A DNA stretch of 64,000 nucleotides from Gnetum montanum (taxonomy: Eukaryota > Plantae > Gnetophyta): assembly GCA_015680685.1 (NCBI GenBank), contig MNCI01002379.1, forward strand, positions 504,780 through 568,779, in the 5' to 3' direction. The notes under the pieces were generated by a model. It was given only the letters and a program-made list of their open reading frames with translations. It was not told where the DNA came from and ran no database searches. Positions within the stretch are counted from its first letter, which is position 1. The number at the start of each line of letters is the position of its first letter. Position numbers and translations under genes: made by a program. Shown in pieces: positions 11,462 to 25,761 of the stretch.

Positions 11462-12630
11462 GTTGGCTAGTTCGTATATAAATTATGATTTATCCTTGGA
11501 GTTATAGGCTTATAGTACTTTGATGGATAATAAAGAGAAGAGGTTTGGACTAAAGCATTCCCTTGAGATATTGGACATTAGACATAATATCCATAAAGAT
11601 TAGGTTTCTTGTATGGATGTTGTTTCCTTCATGATGGCATTCCCTATGCTTGTGGTTGTTTCCACCACTGTTACCATTGCTCTTGTGATTCAGAGTAAGC
11701 TTCACTTAGATAGTAGGCTAGCTAGAAAGGTTGTCTGAGATTACCTTGAGAATAAGGTAATCATCTTGAGATTTTCTTTTTTACAAAACTCAGGTTGAGT
11801 CTATATGTCATAGACTCTTGCAAGTGGGCCATAATAAGACAACATTCCTTAGGATGCTCATACTAGCACACTTTTCGCCCTTCCTCTTTCTCTAAACTAG
11901 AGTCGATACACTCCTCAACTTTAGTAGCTTTGGATTTTTGTTTATAACTTTTCAATCCATTATCTCTTTTTTTTCCCTTGTTGAAGGATTTCTTAATTCT
12001 TGCTTTTATGATCTTTGAGGTTGTAGTAAAATTTTTATCTATCAAGTCCCACATTATCTCTACTATAGTCACTATATCATTAATTGATTTTTGGATTGGT
12101 ATGGATGGCATCCTCCAAGGTTCCATCTTTCTATTTATTGCATGTCCTAACATATCACTTCCTTATTGATGAATCTTTGTTATACATAGCTAATTATCTC
12201 TTCTTTAGTTCTTCTTCCTCTTTTGCCACTTGGTCTATTAATCATTGGATTCGATGGATGGTCATCTTTGATAGTCTTCTTTGGGCATAAACACTAAGGG
12301 TTTCTCTAGTTTTATTTCTCAACCATGGCCTTAGTTGTTTTCTTTGTGAGAATCCATGGCTTGGGCATCTATGTAGTAAGAAATGGTATCTACCTATTAC
12401 TACATCAAGGGATTCATGTGTCCCTTGCTTCCATCCCTAGATTAGCATTCTTAAAGTTGACATTTGTGAGTGGGTTTGATACTTATCATTGGAAAGTTCC
12501 AACATGGTACTCCATATTCAAATTAATTCTAGTTCTAGGGATTTGTACCAGCTTTTTGCCTCCTTGAAGAGTGTTCTAGGAAAAGACTTTAGTTTCGGCT
12601 AGTCAGTTTTGATGTTTTGAAGGTTACAAG
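11462..12630 (-). pseudogene. gag: Element A gag, 3' part
   Basis: Reads CNLQNIKTD*PKLKSFPRTLFKEAKSWYKSLELE..WSTMLEL; homologous to ORF 30740-31111 of C. Confidence 0.8.
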
Positions 12631-13511
12631 TGATGAGTAGTGAGTAGACCCTATGCGCAACCATACGAATCACTAAGTGTTAACATGCAATCTGATTAAA
12701 TTCTGTGGACTTATAGCCTTCTAAGTACATTGGTCTCTAAAAAGTGAAACTAACCACTATAATCATTGTCTTCCCAATTACACGTGTGAAATGTAAAGTT
12801 ATGGTTAAGTGCAACTGAGGCACATGATTTTTATCTTTTTTATGTTTTTTATTTTTAGTCTAAGGATAAAAAATAATGAATAAAATAAAAAAATTAAATT
12901 GCTAATTTAATCTAGAAAGCTAAACCTAACTAATCCTGACATAAGCATCCATTCCTACCTATCATACAGATTTTGAACATGTTTAATGCTACTGGGTTAT
13001 TAAACATTAAGCATTATTCGGATTACCAAGCACCAAGCGTATACTCAGAGTGGTTGTACTTATGTTCTTAAATAATCACTATTTAATCTAGATTAATTTA
13101 GGTTAATTTATTATATAATTACTTAATGCATTAAAGGAAATCGTAGAAAACATTAAATGCATAAGTAAATAATTAAGCTATTTCAAAGTGCTAAAAGGTT
13201 TATCAGAAAGGTCATCTTTATTACTACACACATTACTGTGCTCAGGTACAACAATGCTCAAGTAAAGATCCATACACTCTTTGACTCTTATTGCAGACAC
13301 TTAGAAAAATATTCTAACTTTCAAATGACAAAAATGCAAGAGCTTTGCTACAACTATGATGAAAGATGCCATAAACACCTCAGGTGAGTAGGTATTTATA
13401 GGCAAAAATAGAGACTGTATCGATGAGGCCACATCAACATATCAAATCCCATGTTGATGGGGCTATGTTGATGGGGTTGCATCAACGTAACCCAGAATAC
13501 ATGACTCATCA
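12631..13511 (-). repeat. 3' LTR of B (881 bp)
   Basis: tgatgagtag...gactcatca; colinear with 24937-25756. On the - strand it is preceded by ..tttagtcattggagta, homologous to C's PPT context ..ttcagtcatgggggta. Confidence 0.92.
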
Positions 13512-13744
13512 TACTCCAATGACTAAATGAAAAATCATCCTTGAGTAAACAAAAGAAGGATAAAGTTTCTTACAAAATTAAGTGAAGGTATAGGATTATT
13601 AGCTATTTATTGACATACTTAAATACAACAACATACATGAACAAGCACTAAGTGCTCAAGTGTATAGAATTACAATCATTACAAAATTTTGGTATTTAAG
13701 ACAACAAAATTAAATGCTAGGAAAAACATAACAAACATAATTCC

Positions 13745-16580
13745 TTTGATGTATGAAGACAATGAAGATGTTGAAATGGTCCTTAGTAGTGAAGGCTTTG
13801 AAGGATCTTCTCTTGTTGCAGGCACACATGGTGGTTGAGGCAGTTGTGGCTATCCTATGGCACGTGAAACTTCTAGTGGAAGATGGAAGACATCCAACAA
13901 TGCCTTCATCTTATCCTCCTTACTCCTAGGATCATTGATGGCCCACACCACATCACGAATGTAGGATAATGTAAAAGGATCCCCAAGACATGGCATTTTT
14001 GGGAATGGCTACTTCGCATTGATAAACCAGGTAGCAAAAAGTTTGCGTTCAACATCAAACACCTTTACTACATTCTGTAGCTCCTAGTAGTCACTCAATC
14101 TCTTGGCTAGGTTCTTAGCTATAGATCGTTGATTAGTGAAGCACTGCCTAAGAACATTGAGTTCTACATTTTCCTCATTAAGATTTTAATTAGTGTCTTT
14201 ATGATGCTTAAACTTATCTTTGTACAATAAGGACGAACAGGCCACCTACTTATCCAATTCAAAGCATGTTGTTTAATAATCAGCATCACCAGATTTGCAT
14301 CACGAAGATTAGCAAGCTTTATGTACTCTATCATCTCCTCGATTTACAACTCCTTCATGTATATCTCTACTTTGATGTAGGCATTGACCCCATTAAAGAT
14401 AGGTTGCTAAGCATCACCTCATTGCTTAAGTTGGTGGAGGGGCTCATTAACATTCCTCTTCATCATTTGAATATGTTTTTCATTAACTTCTTTTTGTAGA
14501 ACAACCTGATCTTTGTAGTGATTTTTGACTTTCTCAAATTTGAGAGCCTCATTTTTCTAGGTGGCTACCTCAATTCTAGATTTATGATGATGGGCTTAGA
14601 CTTCCTCCATGAAAATAATTTTATTTTTATCTATTAATATCCTTTGTTCAATGTTTACTCTAGCTAGCTACTCCTACTTTTGATGGATGAAATCTTGCAT
14701 TTGCTACTTTTGTACATCAACATTCTACAAGTGATGATTTTCTATGGTCAAGGTGACATTCTCTTGATAAGTTTGATCCAAGGAATTTTGGATATTGTGC
14801 ATGATGATATTAGCTAAGGACTGATGAAAAATCATCATCTCCTTGTCATCTTCAACCTTCTTAAGCTTTTCTTGAGGCCATTAAAAAGCTTTGTCATAGA
14901 TTAGCATAAGGTTGAGAAATGATGGGTTAGCAAGGCGAGATCATAATTCATTAACCTATGTAGTTAGGCATTTGTTTTGAGCCTAGGCTGTTTCAAGTTG
15001 CCCCTCTATGATAATGCATTTACTCCTTTCTTCTAGAAACTCCAACTGGATTGTAGTGATTGTTTTTAGAAGATTAAATTAGAATTGGTTACCCAGTTTC
15101 CATTAGTTGGTCCAACAACTCTTTGTGCTTAGTTGCACTCAATTTGTAGCTAACTATTCCTACAAATGTCTGCACATCTATGAGTGCAGAAACATCTAGT
15201 ACAAATGCCATAGGTGTGTTTAATGCCTTAACAATTCTATTAGCAACCACCTTTGTTGTTGTGTCCTACCCATGGTGCTAGATCACCAAGATAGTTACCC
15301 CCTCACCCTCCTCTAGATGCACTAAGAATATAATAGCATTCCTAGAGATGTTTAAGAATTTTTGTTGTTATGAGAGAGAGACCATTACCTCTTGGGCACT
15401 AGGATTTGATCTCACGGGTAGCTGCATTGTTTGGGCTAAAAAGATTGGCCCACCTTCCTCCATCTGGTTGATGGTTCAAGCCACTTTGTTGAGGTGACTC
15501 ATCACTGGGTGATACATAGATGGATCATTACCACTCATTTCTACTTGCTACTTCTACTCATGTAAGAGCTACTCCTGGATCTCACACATTCATTCAAGGG
15601 CAATGTAGGATTCCAACATTGTTTCATGAGTGGGTGATGGAGGTGGTGGTTGTTGCTCCTCTTCCTTGATTATGGTAGTGTTCATGTCTTTCATCATTTT
15701 TTCCCAAGAGGTAGAAGGAGTATGATGGATTATATCATTGATGTAGCAAACCATTCCAACCCTTTTGCATAATTTTTTGATGAGGTAGGGAAAGGACAAG
15801 GTCTTCCTTCTACATTCATTTTCCTTAAATCACTTTTCTATCTCTAGATATATTAGTTGTGGAAGGATCATAGGAAATTTTTCACTCAAAGCAGCACATA
15901 AAAGGGTGGATAAGGTAGTCATCTTTTAGGGCCTTGTTGCTAGATTGAGGTTATAGGCCACTATCTTGAAATATACATAGTCTGCAAGGGTGAGTGCATC
16001 ATATTTTTTGTGGTCCATTCCATAGCATTTCTAGGTCCACTCATTCTTTACCTGTAGGTTTTCTTGTGTAGAGATCTTTGCCAAATTTGTTCCAATATTA
16101 GGAAATCCTAGGGCTTGCACAATAGCTTCCATCGAGTAGGATACTTGAATGTCCTTGATTTTCACAGTGGCTCCTACTTGCCTACCATTTCAAAAGAGAT
16201 ATGTCTCTTCCATGTACCACTTCCCACTGGAAGTGATGATTAGTCACATGGGAGAGTTCTATAACTACAACTTGACTTCTGGTGGAGCATGTTCTAAGAG
16301 TGGCTGAAAGTTCAATTCTTGGAGAATTGAATGTTGGATGTCATGAGGCTTGATTTGATCAAAGTAGGCTTGAGTTAATGTGACCTCAAGTCTTGGCACT
16401 GGTCTTGGTGCCTCATCTTGATGGGGTTATTTAGTTACAATTTCTTCCTCAAGAATCTATCAAGCAGATTCCACTTTAGACTCCTCCTAAAGAGGTCCCA
16501 TCACATGAGTTTCTACTACTTGTTCTTGGGCTTACTCTTGCTGTGGTCATTTGTCTCTTGGTTAAGATGGTCCATCTTCC
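13745..16580 (-). pseudogene. Element B 3' accessory ORF (Athila env-like position): Transposase_32/PMD-like domain, Pro/Glu linker, long coiled coil, conserved C-terminal domain
   Basis: Reads SGKWYMEETYLF..VSYSMEAIVQALGFPNIG..YVYFKIVAYNL..LSFPYLIKKLCKRVG; colinear with C 34800-37200. Confidence 0.75.
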
Positions 16581-18749
16581 TGCAAGTGTTTTGGTCTAAG
16601 TACCATTTATAAATACAACATGACCAAGGATTAGAACTTAATGTGTAACGTTGAAACATTTGGAATACGTTATCCCTTGGGGTAGTTACACTTGGCTAGG
16701 TTGTGATCATTGTAGATTTGATTTTTTTAATATTATTTGATTAGATAGGCTACTAGAGTGTGTTGGAAGGGTTTAACTCTAATAGGTTGATGTTTTAATA
16801 TTATTTTATTTATTAAACCCATGGGGGAGTTGGAAAAATTTTGAAATTTTTTTGTCAAAATCCAAAGATTTGTGGCCCCCACAACATAAAGTGTATCTTT
16901 GGAAGCTATAGGGCTGAAGAACAAAGTGAATTGGACAAACTGTTTGAAAGTTATGGGCTTTGGAAGGCTTTAAGCTCTAAAAAATTACAAAAATTCCTTT
17001 TACATTTGAGGTAAATCACAAAGACTTCCTAAGTGGTGAGTGCTATTCATAGAAGTTTTCCCATGCCTAGACTAGGCCTCATTGATGGGGCCTAGTCGAT
17101 GTAGTCAGCTATGTCGATTGGGCTTAATCAATGTAGCTATCGACCACTATTGGCTAAGTCAAATTCAAAAAATACAAGGAATTTTTGAACAAAATTGTAG
17201 TCAAATGGAAGCCCAAAAATCCAAGAACATAATAAAATACATGAAGATGGTTTAAGAATTTACAAAAGATGGAGAATGATTAGAGAAATGCCTTAAGGAG
17301 CACATAGTTGGATGCAACTGGTTGGGAATGCAAAATATTTATTTGTGAAAATGTCTAAGGATAAGGTACTTAACTAGTCCAACCAAGAGCTATGCAAGTG
17401 GGGCCTTCCCATAGTAGGCTTATGCCCTTTCTACCTTTGCATAACCTCAAATAAGGAGTCTGTGGACCTCATAGCTAATTAATGGTTATGAAAGTTAAGG
17501 ACCAAATCATGAAGAATCTACCTAGAAGAATTTGCCTAAGAATTTCAACATGTCAATCTAAGACATTAAACAAAAACATAAAAAATGGTCATAAAGTGAG
17601 TTATGATGAGCATTAATGGATGAAATAGAAAATGGAATGGATGTCCCAATCATGGTCACATAAAGTCCCTTATGAAGTTATGGTTAGATAGCCTAATAAA
17701 AGTCCAACCTTAGTCTAGATTAAAATGAACCACTTTCAATGACTTTACATTGCCATTCTAGGACTGGTCCATCCTCCTTGAGATACAAGAATTCTCCCAT
17801 AGATAATCACCATTCCTTATTTGAGAAGAAAAGGGAGCAGGAAGTGAGAAAGGGCCTTAGTTAGAGGGGACCTTTAGGCATAGGTAACATGTCTTTCTAG
17901 TCCAATAACCAATACTTGTAGCTCATTTATTTTTCCTAAGGGGTGTCCTTTGAATTCTCATCATGTTTTTTATTTTTTATATCTTTTATGTTTTTTATGA
18001 ATTTTTTAGATGAGAACCACACCATGCAAAGACTTATTCAACTTCCTATTATTGGTTGACATGGAATGATAAGAAATCTATGAAAACACACATGTACTCA
18101 AGAAAATAAAGAGGTACAAAGAGTTTTGAATTCCCTTAAAGTCATACATGTTTCAAACCTTTTAATCCTTCCCAAGTTTGAAAACTACCAAGGTCACAAG
18201 TTTGTTAAAGTTTTACTAATGAAAAAGGAATCTCATACTTCTAAAACTAGGAAAACCATAGATTTGGTGGGTGGGTGGATGATGTGAACTCACTGCCTAT
18301 TCTATGAAAAAGAAACTTGTCTTAGTTATTGGTCATAAAAATTCAAAAATAGAAACTAGACATTAGCAATCAGAAAACTTAGATATAAATCACCATTAGC
18401 AACTAGCTATAGCACCATTGAGTTTTGTTGGCAACAAAGCACTTTTATTAGAAGACAAGAAAAATTCACACAAAAATAAAGTAAAGTATATAAGAAATTA
18501 TAAAAATATTCAAGAAAAATAAAACATAGTAATGATGTTGTAAAAGAAAAATTTGAGAAAAAAAACATAACAAAGTGTAAAACAAAAATGGTATAAAAAC
18601 AAAGAAAGTATAAAATAAAAAGGTGTAAAAACAAAAAGTAGAAAACCTATGGAGCCACTTATATAGTTAGCATGGATGGCCATCTACCCCAAAGCTAAGT
18701 TGAAAGGAGGAGATTTGAATGATTGAGCATGGTTGTCCATCTAATGAGG

Positions 18750-20030
18750 CATTGATTTCATTGGCTTACTTAGACTCATGGAAAGGTTTTAGTTGTTGCA
18801 TGTTGACCAACGATTTCTTATGTGGGCTTTCAAGTTTGTAGATTAACATGGCCCCATAAGGAAAGGTTTAATAAATGATGTAAGGCCCTTCCCACAACAT
18901 CTGGAACTTAGTTCGTTGAGGTGTGTGTGTGGAGTTTTAGTAGAGAACCTTGACTCTAGGTTAAAATATTACTTTCCTTATCATAAGATCATGATGTTAT
19001 TTATTGAATGTTTTATGCACTTCATTCAAGAATAGGACCACCAATCGATTCTCATCTAGCATGTTAAGGTTGATCAACCTCTCTTTTTGTGCTAGGCTCA
19101 AGTCATGGTTTACGTGATAGGTTGTTAAAAGTGTATGGAGCTCAAATTGAATTGGAAAAGTTGGTAATTTTCCATATACAAACTCATATGGAGAGTAGCC
19201 TACAAGAAGTTTCCATGTTGAGTGATATGCCCAAAGGACATCATTAAGTTTTGCGCTCTAGTCTCTCCTATATTTGCTAATTATTCTTATTAAGATCTTT
19301 GTGATCTCCCTATTGGTAACCTCTACTTGACCATTGGCTTAGGGGTGGTAGGGTGTTGTTAATTTATGTTCAACCCCTAGGCATTGCATGGGCTTGCAAA
19401 AAGTAGCACTTGTAAAATGAGTACCATTATCAAAAATTAGTGCACATGGCACTTCAAACCTATTTACAACATTTTGTTATACAAATCATGTAATAATGAA
19501 AGATGTATAGTTGGTGACGACTATTGATTCTACGCATTTCATATAATAGTCAATAGTGACTATTATGTATACCTTTCCATTTAACATGGGTGTGTTGGGA
19601 CCCATGAAATCTATGCCCCAGATGTCGAAGGATTCCAGTGGTTGGATTCACTATTGAGATCCCTCCATTTATGCAGTCATCCCACCATCTCATTGACTGC
19701 GTTCACAAGATTAGACAAATTAGTGGACATCCCTAAAGATTATTGGCCAACGATATCCTACCATCAAGATTTTAATGGCTATGCATCTTCCTACATAGTG
19801 GCTCTCACAAGGACCCTCATGAGCATATTGGAGAACATGAAATTGGTCAACATCAAGAACATACCAATGACTTAAGCCATCGATGCACATCTTGTATAGG
19901 TATCCATTAATTTCCATGAAGCATTTGGCCTAATGAGGAAACTGTTGTTTCTTCCTGTGATCTAACTCTTGTGGCATCTATTGAGTAAGAAGATAGGTGA
20001 GGATGCCATCATACCATTTTGGTTTAGTGG
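18750..20030 (-). pseudogene. Element B integrase
   Basis: HEGPCESHYVG..KILMVGYRWPIIFRDVH (zinc-binding region), PFDIWGIDFMGP, TPYHP*ANGQVEV and GPY motifs. Confidence 0.9.
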
Positions 20031-20119
20031 GTACTTATTCATTTATTGCATCAGCAAAGAGGAGCTCATTAGGTAATTGATCAAAGAGTGGGCTATCATC
20101 CTCTTTGTTATCCCATTGT

Positions 20120-21450
20120 AATGTAGACAAGTGATCATTGACCACATTCCCACTCTTCTTTCGATCTACCATTATAATATTGAACTCTTGCAAGATCATC
20201 AACCATCATATGACATAGGGGCTCATTATTAATTTATTCATTAAGAAACAAATGGCACTATGGTTAGTGTGCACAAACACCTTATATCCAAACACACAAT
20301 ATCTAAACTTCTCCAAAGCATACACCATCGTGATTAGCTCTTTCTCCATTATGGTGTAATTGATTTGTACAACCATAATGCTTTAACTTACACGATGGAT
20401 GTAATATGGACATTTTTGATTGTACAACTACATAAGAATAGCTCCTAAGGCATAGTTTGATGCATTTGTGATGATGTGAAATGAATAGGACCAATCAGGT
20501 GCTCGTAGAGTTGGAGTCTCCATAAGCTTCTCCTTAAGCTTCTAGAATGCCTTTTCACATTCCTTGGTCCATATGAATGGAGCATCTTTCTTTGTGAGCT
20601 TGACCAATGATTTCATGATTTTAGAGAAATTATCTATGAATCATCAGTAGTAGCCAATGTGTACAAGGAATGACTAGACATCTTTAACATTTTCTAGTTG
20701 GTGGGTTATTCTTTGGATGACTCAAATATTTTTAGGATCTACCTTAATCCTTAAGAAATTTTGTGCCCCAACACAATGCCCTCCTAGACCATGAGATGGC
20801 TCTTTTGCCAATTGAGCTGAAGATTAGTCTTCATGTATCTTTTAAGCACTTGCTCAACGTGGTCAAGGGATTGCTTGAATGTAGCACCATAGGTGGAGAA
20901 GTCATCCATGAAGAATTTCATCCTACTACCAATTTGCTAGTTAAAAACTACTCAGGACTAGATGTTGGAAAGTTGTAGGGGCATTGCATAGACTAAAGGC
21001 CATCTTCCGATATGCAAAAATCCCCTAGGGACTTATGAATGTTGTTTTGGCTTGACCCTTAGGCATGGTATGAATTTGGTTATAGCCATTATAACCATCC
21101 AAAAGGCTATAATAGCAATGCCCAAAAATAGTGTCTAACACTTGGTCCACAAATGGTAATGGAAAATGATCTTTGAATGTCACCATGTTTAATAGCTTGA
21201 AATCAATATAGATCCACCATTTTCCACCTTTCTTTTGCACAATTACAAGTGGGATAATCCACTTGCTATCCACAATTAGATAGATGAACCCTACCTTGAG
21301 GAGTTGTTTAATTTCCTGTTTGATGATCTACTTCAATTTTGGGTTTAGCCATTATTGCAATTGCCTCTTTAGCTTCATTGCTAGATTGGTATAGATGCAA
21401 TGCTAGCATATCCTAGGGTCAGTCTCTATGAGTTTAGGATATGACCAAGA
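20120..21450 (-). pseudogene. Element B reverse transcriptase and RNase H
   Basis: ORF 21025-21273 (WIIPLVIVQKKGGKWWIYIDFKLLN..KDHFPLPFVDQVL..LDGYNGYNQI); FMDDFSTYG at ~20890-20915; NYTIMERELITMVYALEKFR RNase H motif. Confidence 0.92.
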
Positions 21451-21949
21451 AAAGACTATTGGTCATTATTTGACCACCTTCAAAAATATATTTTTTGTTC
21501 AAGAGCAAGGTTAGCATTGATTATCACCGACTTACAATTTTTCAAAAATGTAGATTCCATGCCTCTAGGTAGAGTTTTCAACTCTAAGGGATTTTATTTG
21601 AAATTATCAAGAATTTCCAACTCTCTTCAATTGGTATCATTAGGTTTATCATTAGAGAGTTGGCGATGAACTCTCTTTGGTTCATCCATGCCTTCAACAT
21701 AGACATAAGTTAAACTCTTAGTAGGTTTCATGCAAAGTGTGCTACTCTCAGAATCAACTATCAGCCACTGGGTATCCTCCTATTTTTTGGCTACTGTGTA
21801 TAGGAACTTTTGGATTTTAGATTCATCTACACATTTTTTGCATGGTTTTATTGATGTGCTTTTAATAGACCAGAGTTTTTGTTCATAGTTACACCCTGTA
21901 TTGTTGTATGTGATGCATGGAACTTGCTTGTTCTTGAGATTTTTGAATT

Positions 21950-24768
21950 CATTTTCCTTGAAAATCTTCAGGGAAGGATCTCTAATGTCCATTCACACGT
22001 CACCAGTGCTCAACCAAGCCCTTCCCATAATGATTGTGAAGTCCTCCTTGCAATTGTCAACTTTGATTACTAGGAAATTGATAGTATACAAACACGCATA
22101 GACAGTGGTCATAATATCTTCGACTAGTCCTAAAGGAATAGTGATGGATTGATTTTCTAGTTCTAAATGGTTGTTGCTCTTCTAGAGGAGGTAGATTCTA
22201 AGCATTGTACATTTAATGGGAAATCAAATTGATACTAGAACTTGAATTGAGAAGAGCCTTGCATGGCTCATTTTTAGTAATCTACAAGTAGATGAGCGGA
22301 CTTCTAGGATCAACTCTTTTCATGGAAAGGTCACCAAATTTCATCCAATTAGATATAACATGGGTTAACATGATACTATAGGTCTTAAGTGGTATTTGGT
22401 TTGAAAGGATTTCAAAAGGAATGAATGTAGATGATGAAGGAGACATAGGGTGATTAGCCATAGAAGTAGGTGAGGGTTTTGTAGGGATATTGATTCAGAA
22501 GAATGGTCTTTTATAGGATTTAGCTTCTGAACCACTTGGCTAGGGAGATGATTGTAAGTTAACAGCCCTAGTAGTGTTATGTTGTTGCAGCTGCATGAGA
22601 ATTTCACCCTGCATGGATGGAGTAGGTGGTAATTAGGTTAAAGATAGAGGAACATGTGCCAAAGGATGAGAAGGATGATAGAAATATTGGGTTTCCCATC
22701 TAAGAAACAAAAAATGAGTTCTGTAATACTCTGAAGGGTAGTAGTGCTACTAAAAAGATATGTGACTAGAGGAGTCATGTGGAGACGTTAGTTACTAAAC
22801 ATAGTATCCATATGGATTTGGTTACTTGTAAGAGTATTGCTACCTTGGTTAGGGCATCCCCCACAACTATGGGTGCTATCACTAATGGTACTACTCATAT
22901 GACTATGGTGGAGCTTTACTTAAATAATAAGCTTGTTGTTGTTGGTGGAACTACCTCAGGTTGCCTTAAGGATAAGAAAACCTTCTAGGTGGTTACCTTT
23001 TTGTTGATCTAGGATTTAGAGCATACACCCCAAATTCCTGTAAGTGTGACACAATAGTGCAACATCCCTTGGGATGTTCATAGTGGTAAATGTCACACCC
23101 ACCATCATCATTTGGTTTTGACTTCACAACCTCTTCTACTACCACAACCATACACTTATCCCTTTGGTAGGCACATTCAGTTTCTTTTCTTGTCTTGCAA
23201 CCATGATCACTACCTTGTTCTTTGGGTTCTTTTGCAACTTTTAGATTAGTTTAAAATGTTTCATCCAAATATTCTCACATTTTGTCAACATTAGCCAAAA
23301 TTTTAAACATAGATTTTTGAATTGGCAAGGTTTTTCACTACATGGCCTTATCAAGTGGTGCCTCCCCCTCACTATCATAGAATTGAACCTTTGTTTTTTT
23401 GATGGAAGGGTTTCAGTCTCAATAAACCTTTGAATTTAATGGACTCTTAGTTGTGAGAGTCTTCCTTGGGCATAGATCTCGAGAGTTTTCATTATTTTTG
23501 ATTGGAGCTCATCTATAATATGGTGAAGCTACTCTTATTGATAATGACCATGGCTAGGACATCTATGCAAAAAGGAATAATATCTTTCCATGGCTACATC
23601 CAAGAGTTCATGTATTTCTTGTTGCCAACCTTGGATTTGCTTTCTCAAATTGGACACTTTAGAGTATGTCTAATATTTGTCATTGAACAACTTAAGAATT
23701 GCACTCCATCTATGAATTGATTCCAACTCAAAGGAGCCATACCAAATTTTTTCTTCTTTTATGAGTATCTTCGAGAACAACTTAAGTTTTTGCCAATTAT
23801 TTTCTATGTTTTACATGACATAAGAATCATGAAAGGCCTAACGATGGGTTTGTGGATTTGAGTTATATCCCCCCTCAAATTTGGGAATATTGTTCATATT
23901 CAATCGCTTGATTCTGCTATCCTTCACATGCATGGTTGGAATCATGACTGCCTCTATGATGTTGAGCATGCTTTGAGTTACTAATAAGGGCTCATCATTG
24001 TCATGATTTTGATCATGCCTATGATGTCTCCTACTACCCCTTCATTCATAGCAGGGCCTATAATCATTGTCCTACTGTCCACCTCCATTAAGGTTTCATC
24101 CCCTACAGTTTTGATTAGATTTAGAGGAGGAAGAAGAAGATGCAAATGAAGAGGATGAAGAAGGAGGAGGACTGCCACCACCACAATGTCTACCACCTCC
24201 TCTTCACTTGTCACAACTATGATCATTAAGTTTTTTGTCATCATGATACTTGCCTTAGACCTTGCATTGATTTCCACTTTTGCCTAAAACCAGATTATTG
24301 ATACTAGACTGTAGATTTAGGTTCATGTCCCTTTTACTAGAGTGAAGGGGTGGAAAATCTTCATGTTGAGCACTTCTAGAGGAAGGATTCTCATTGTTAT
24401 CTTGGTTCAATAAGAATAAGGTGTTGGTGAAATATTTTACCTTCATAGCTTGCACACTTATTCTAGTGCCAATCTCTTTTGCGTTGCATTTCTATGGGAT
24501 GGTAGTCTTAATAGTCATGGTCCTGCATAACATATTCATCATGGAGGTCCTAGATATTGAACTTCTTAAGATTTTGGAGTAGTATTGCAAGAATAGATTG
24601 GTTGGGAGGCAACACAATGTTGCACTCCATATCTCTCTACTATAGGTGCTCATCCTAATGCAGGATGAAGGTGAAATCTAGTACAAACTCATATGGATGA
24701 GTGTACATCACTTTAAATTCTTGGAGCATGGGTGGTTTTGAATTATCATTCCAATGAGAAGAAGACAT
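21950..24768 (-). pseudogene. gag: Element B gag (with N-terminal extension) and protease
   Basis: Homologous to A/C/D/E gag. Protease-site-like ALLNSSSSINLI at ~22225-22262. Confidence 0.8.
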
Positions 24769-24917
24769 TTTGGATTAGAGAAAAATTTAGTGTGCTTAAA
24801 TAATAATAATAATAATAATCATACTTATTTTTCAATTGATTATGACCTTAGGGTTTGTTCCAATGATCTTAAATAATATTTACTAAGTTCTAGATAGCAC
24901 ATGTATCAAACTGCAAG

Positions 24918-24936
24918 TTCTTGAAAATGGTGCCAA
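24918..24936 (-). promoter_or_regulatory. PBS of B (Athila-type, tRNA-Asp-like)
   Basis: Minus strand TTGGCACCATTTTCAAGAA immediately after LTR end CTCATCA; decayed TGGCGCCGTTGCCGGGGA. Confidence 0.75.
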
Positions 24937-25756
24937 TGATGAGCAACAAGTAGACCCTCATCCAACCATACAAATCACTAAGAATTCATGCACAACGTGG
25001 TCAAACTCTATGGACTTATAGCCTTCTAAGTACCTTGGTCTCTAGGAAGTGAAACTAACTATTGTAATTGTTGTCTTTCCAATTACACTTTTGAAATGAA
25101 AATGTATGGTCAAGTGCAACCGAGGCATATGATTTTGATCATTTTTATAAAATAATTAAATTGATAATTTAATCTAACTAGCTACACCTAACCAATCCTC
25201 ACATAAGCATCCATTCCCACTTGCCATACACATCTTGAACATGTTTAATGTTATTATGTTACCAAACATTAAGCTTTACTATTGTTACTAAGCACTAAGC
25301 ATATGCTTGAAGTGGTCATACTTATGTGCTTAAATAATCACTATTTAATCAAGCTTAATTTATTATTTAATTACTTATGGCATTATAGGATATTGCATAA
25401 ACCATTGAATGCATAAGTAAACCATTAATCTATTTCAAAGTGTTGCAAGGTTTATCAAAAAGCTCATCTTTATTACTGTACATACTATTGTGCTCAAGTA
25501 CAATAGTGCTCAAATAAAGATTCGTACACTCTTTGGCTCCTATTGTGGGCACTTAGGAAAATATTCTACCTTTTAAATGACAAAACTGTAAGAGCTCTAC
25601 TAAAACTATGAGAAAAGATGTCATAAACATGGTGGATGAACACATATTTATAAGAAAAAATAGACACTACATTGACGTAGTTGTGTTAACAAGGTTGCAT
25701 CAATGTGGCTATGTTGATGAGGCCTCATTAATGTAACCCAAAAATGCAACTCATCA
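24937..25756 (-). repeat. 5' LTR of B (820 bp)
   Basis: tgatgagcaa...aactcatca, colinear with 12631-13511. Confidence 0.92.
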
Positions 25757-25761
25757 ACGAA

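Larger units (their letters stand above)
12631..25756 (-). mobile_element. Full-length decayed Athila-like LTR retrotransposon B (~13.1 kb)
   Basis: Two LTRs, PBS, decayed PPT, gag-PR-RT-RH-INT order, FMDDFS RT motif, long 3' ORF. Degenerate 5-bp TSD acaag/acgaa. Confidence 0.92.

Noticed and set aside
23940-24260. Captured host SR splicing-factor fragment
   Set aside because: The RS/RD-rich tract occurs at the same position in every Athila-like gag here and there is no RRM, so it is an element-intrinsic linker.
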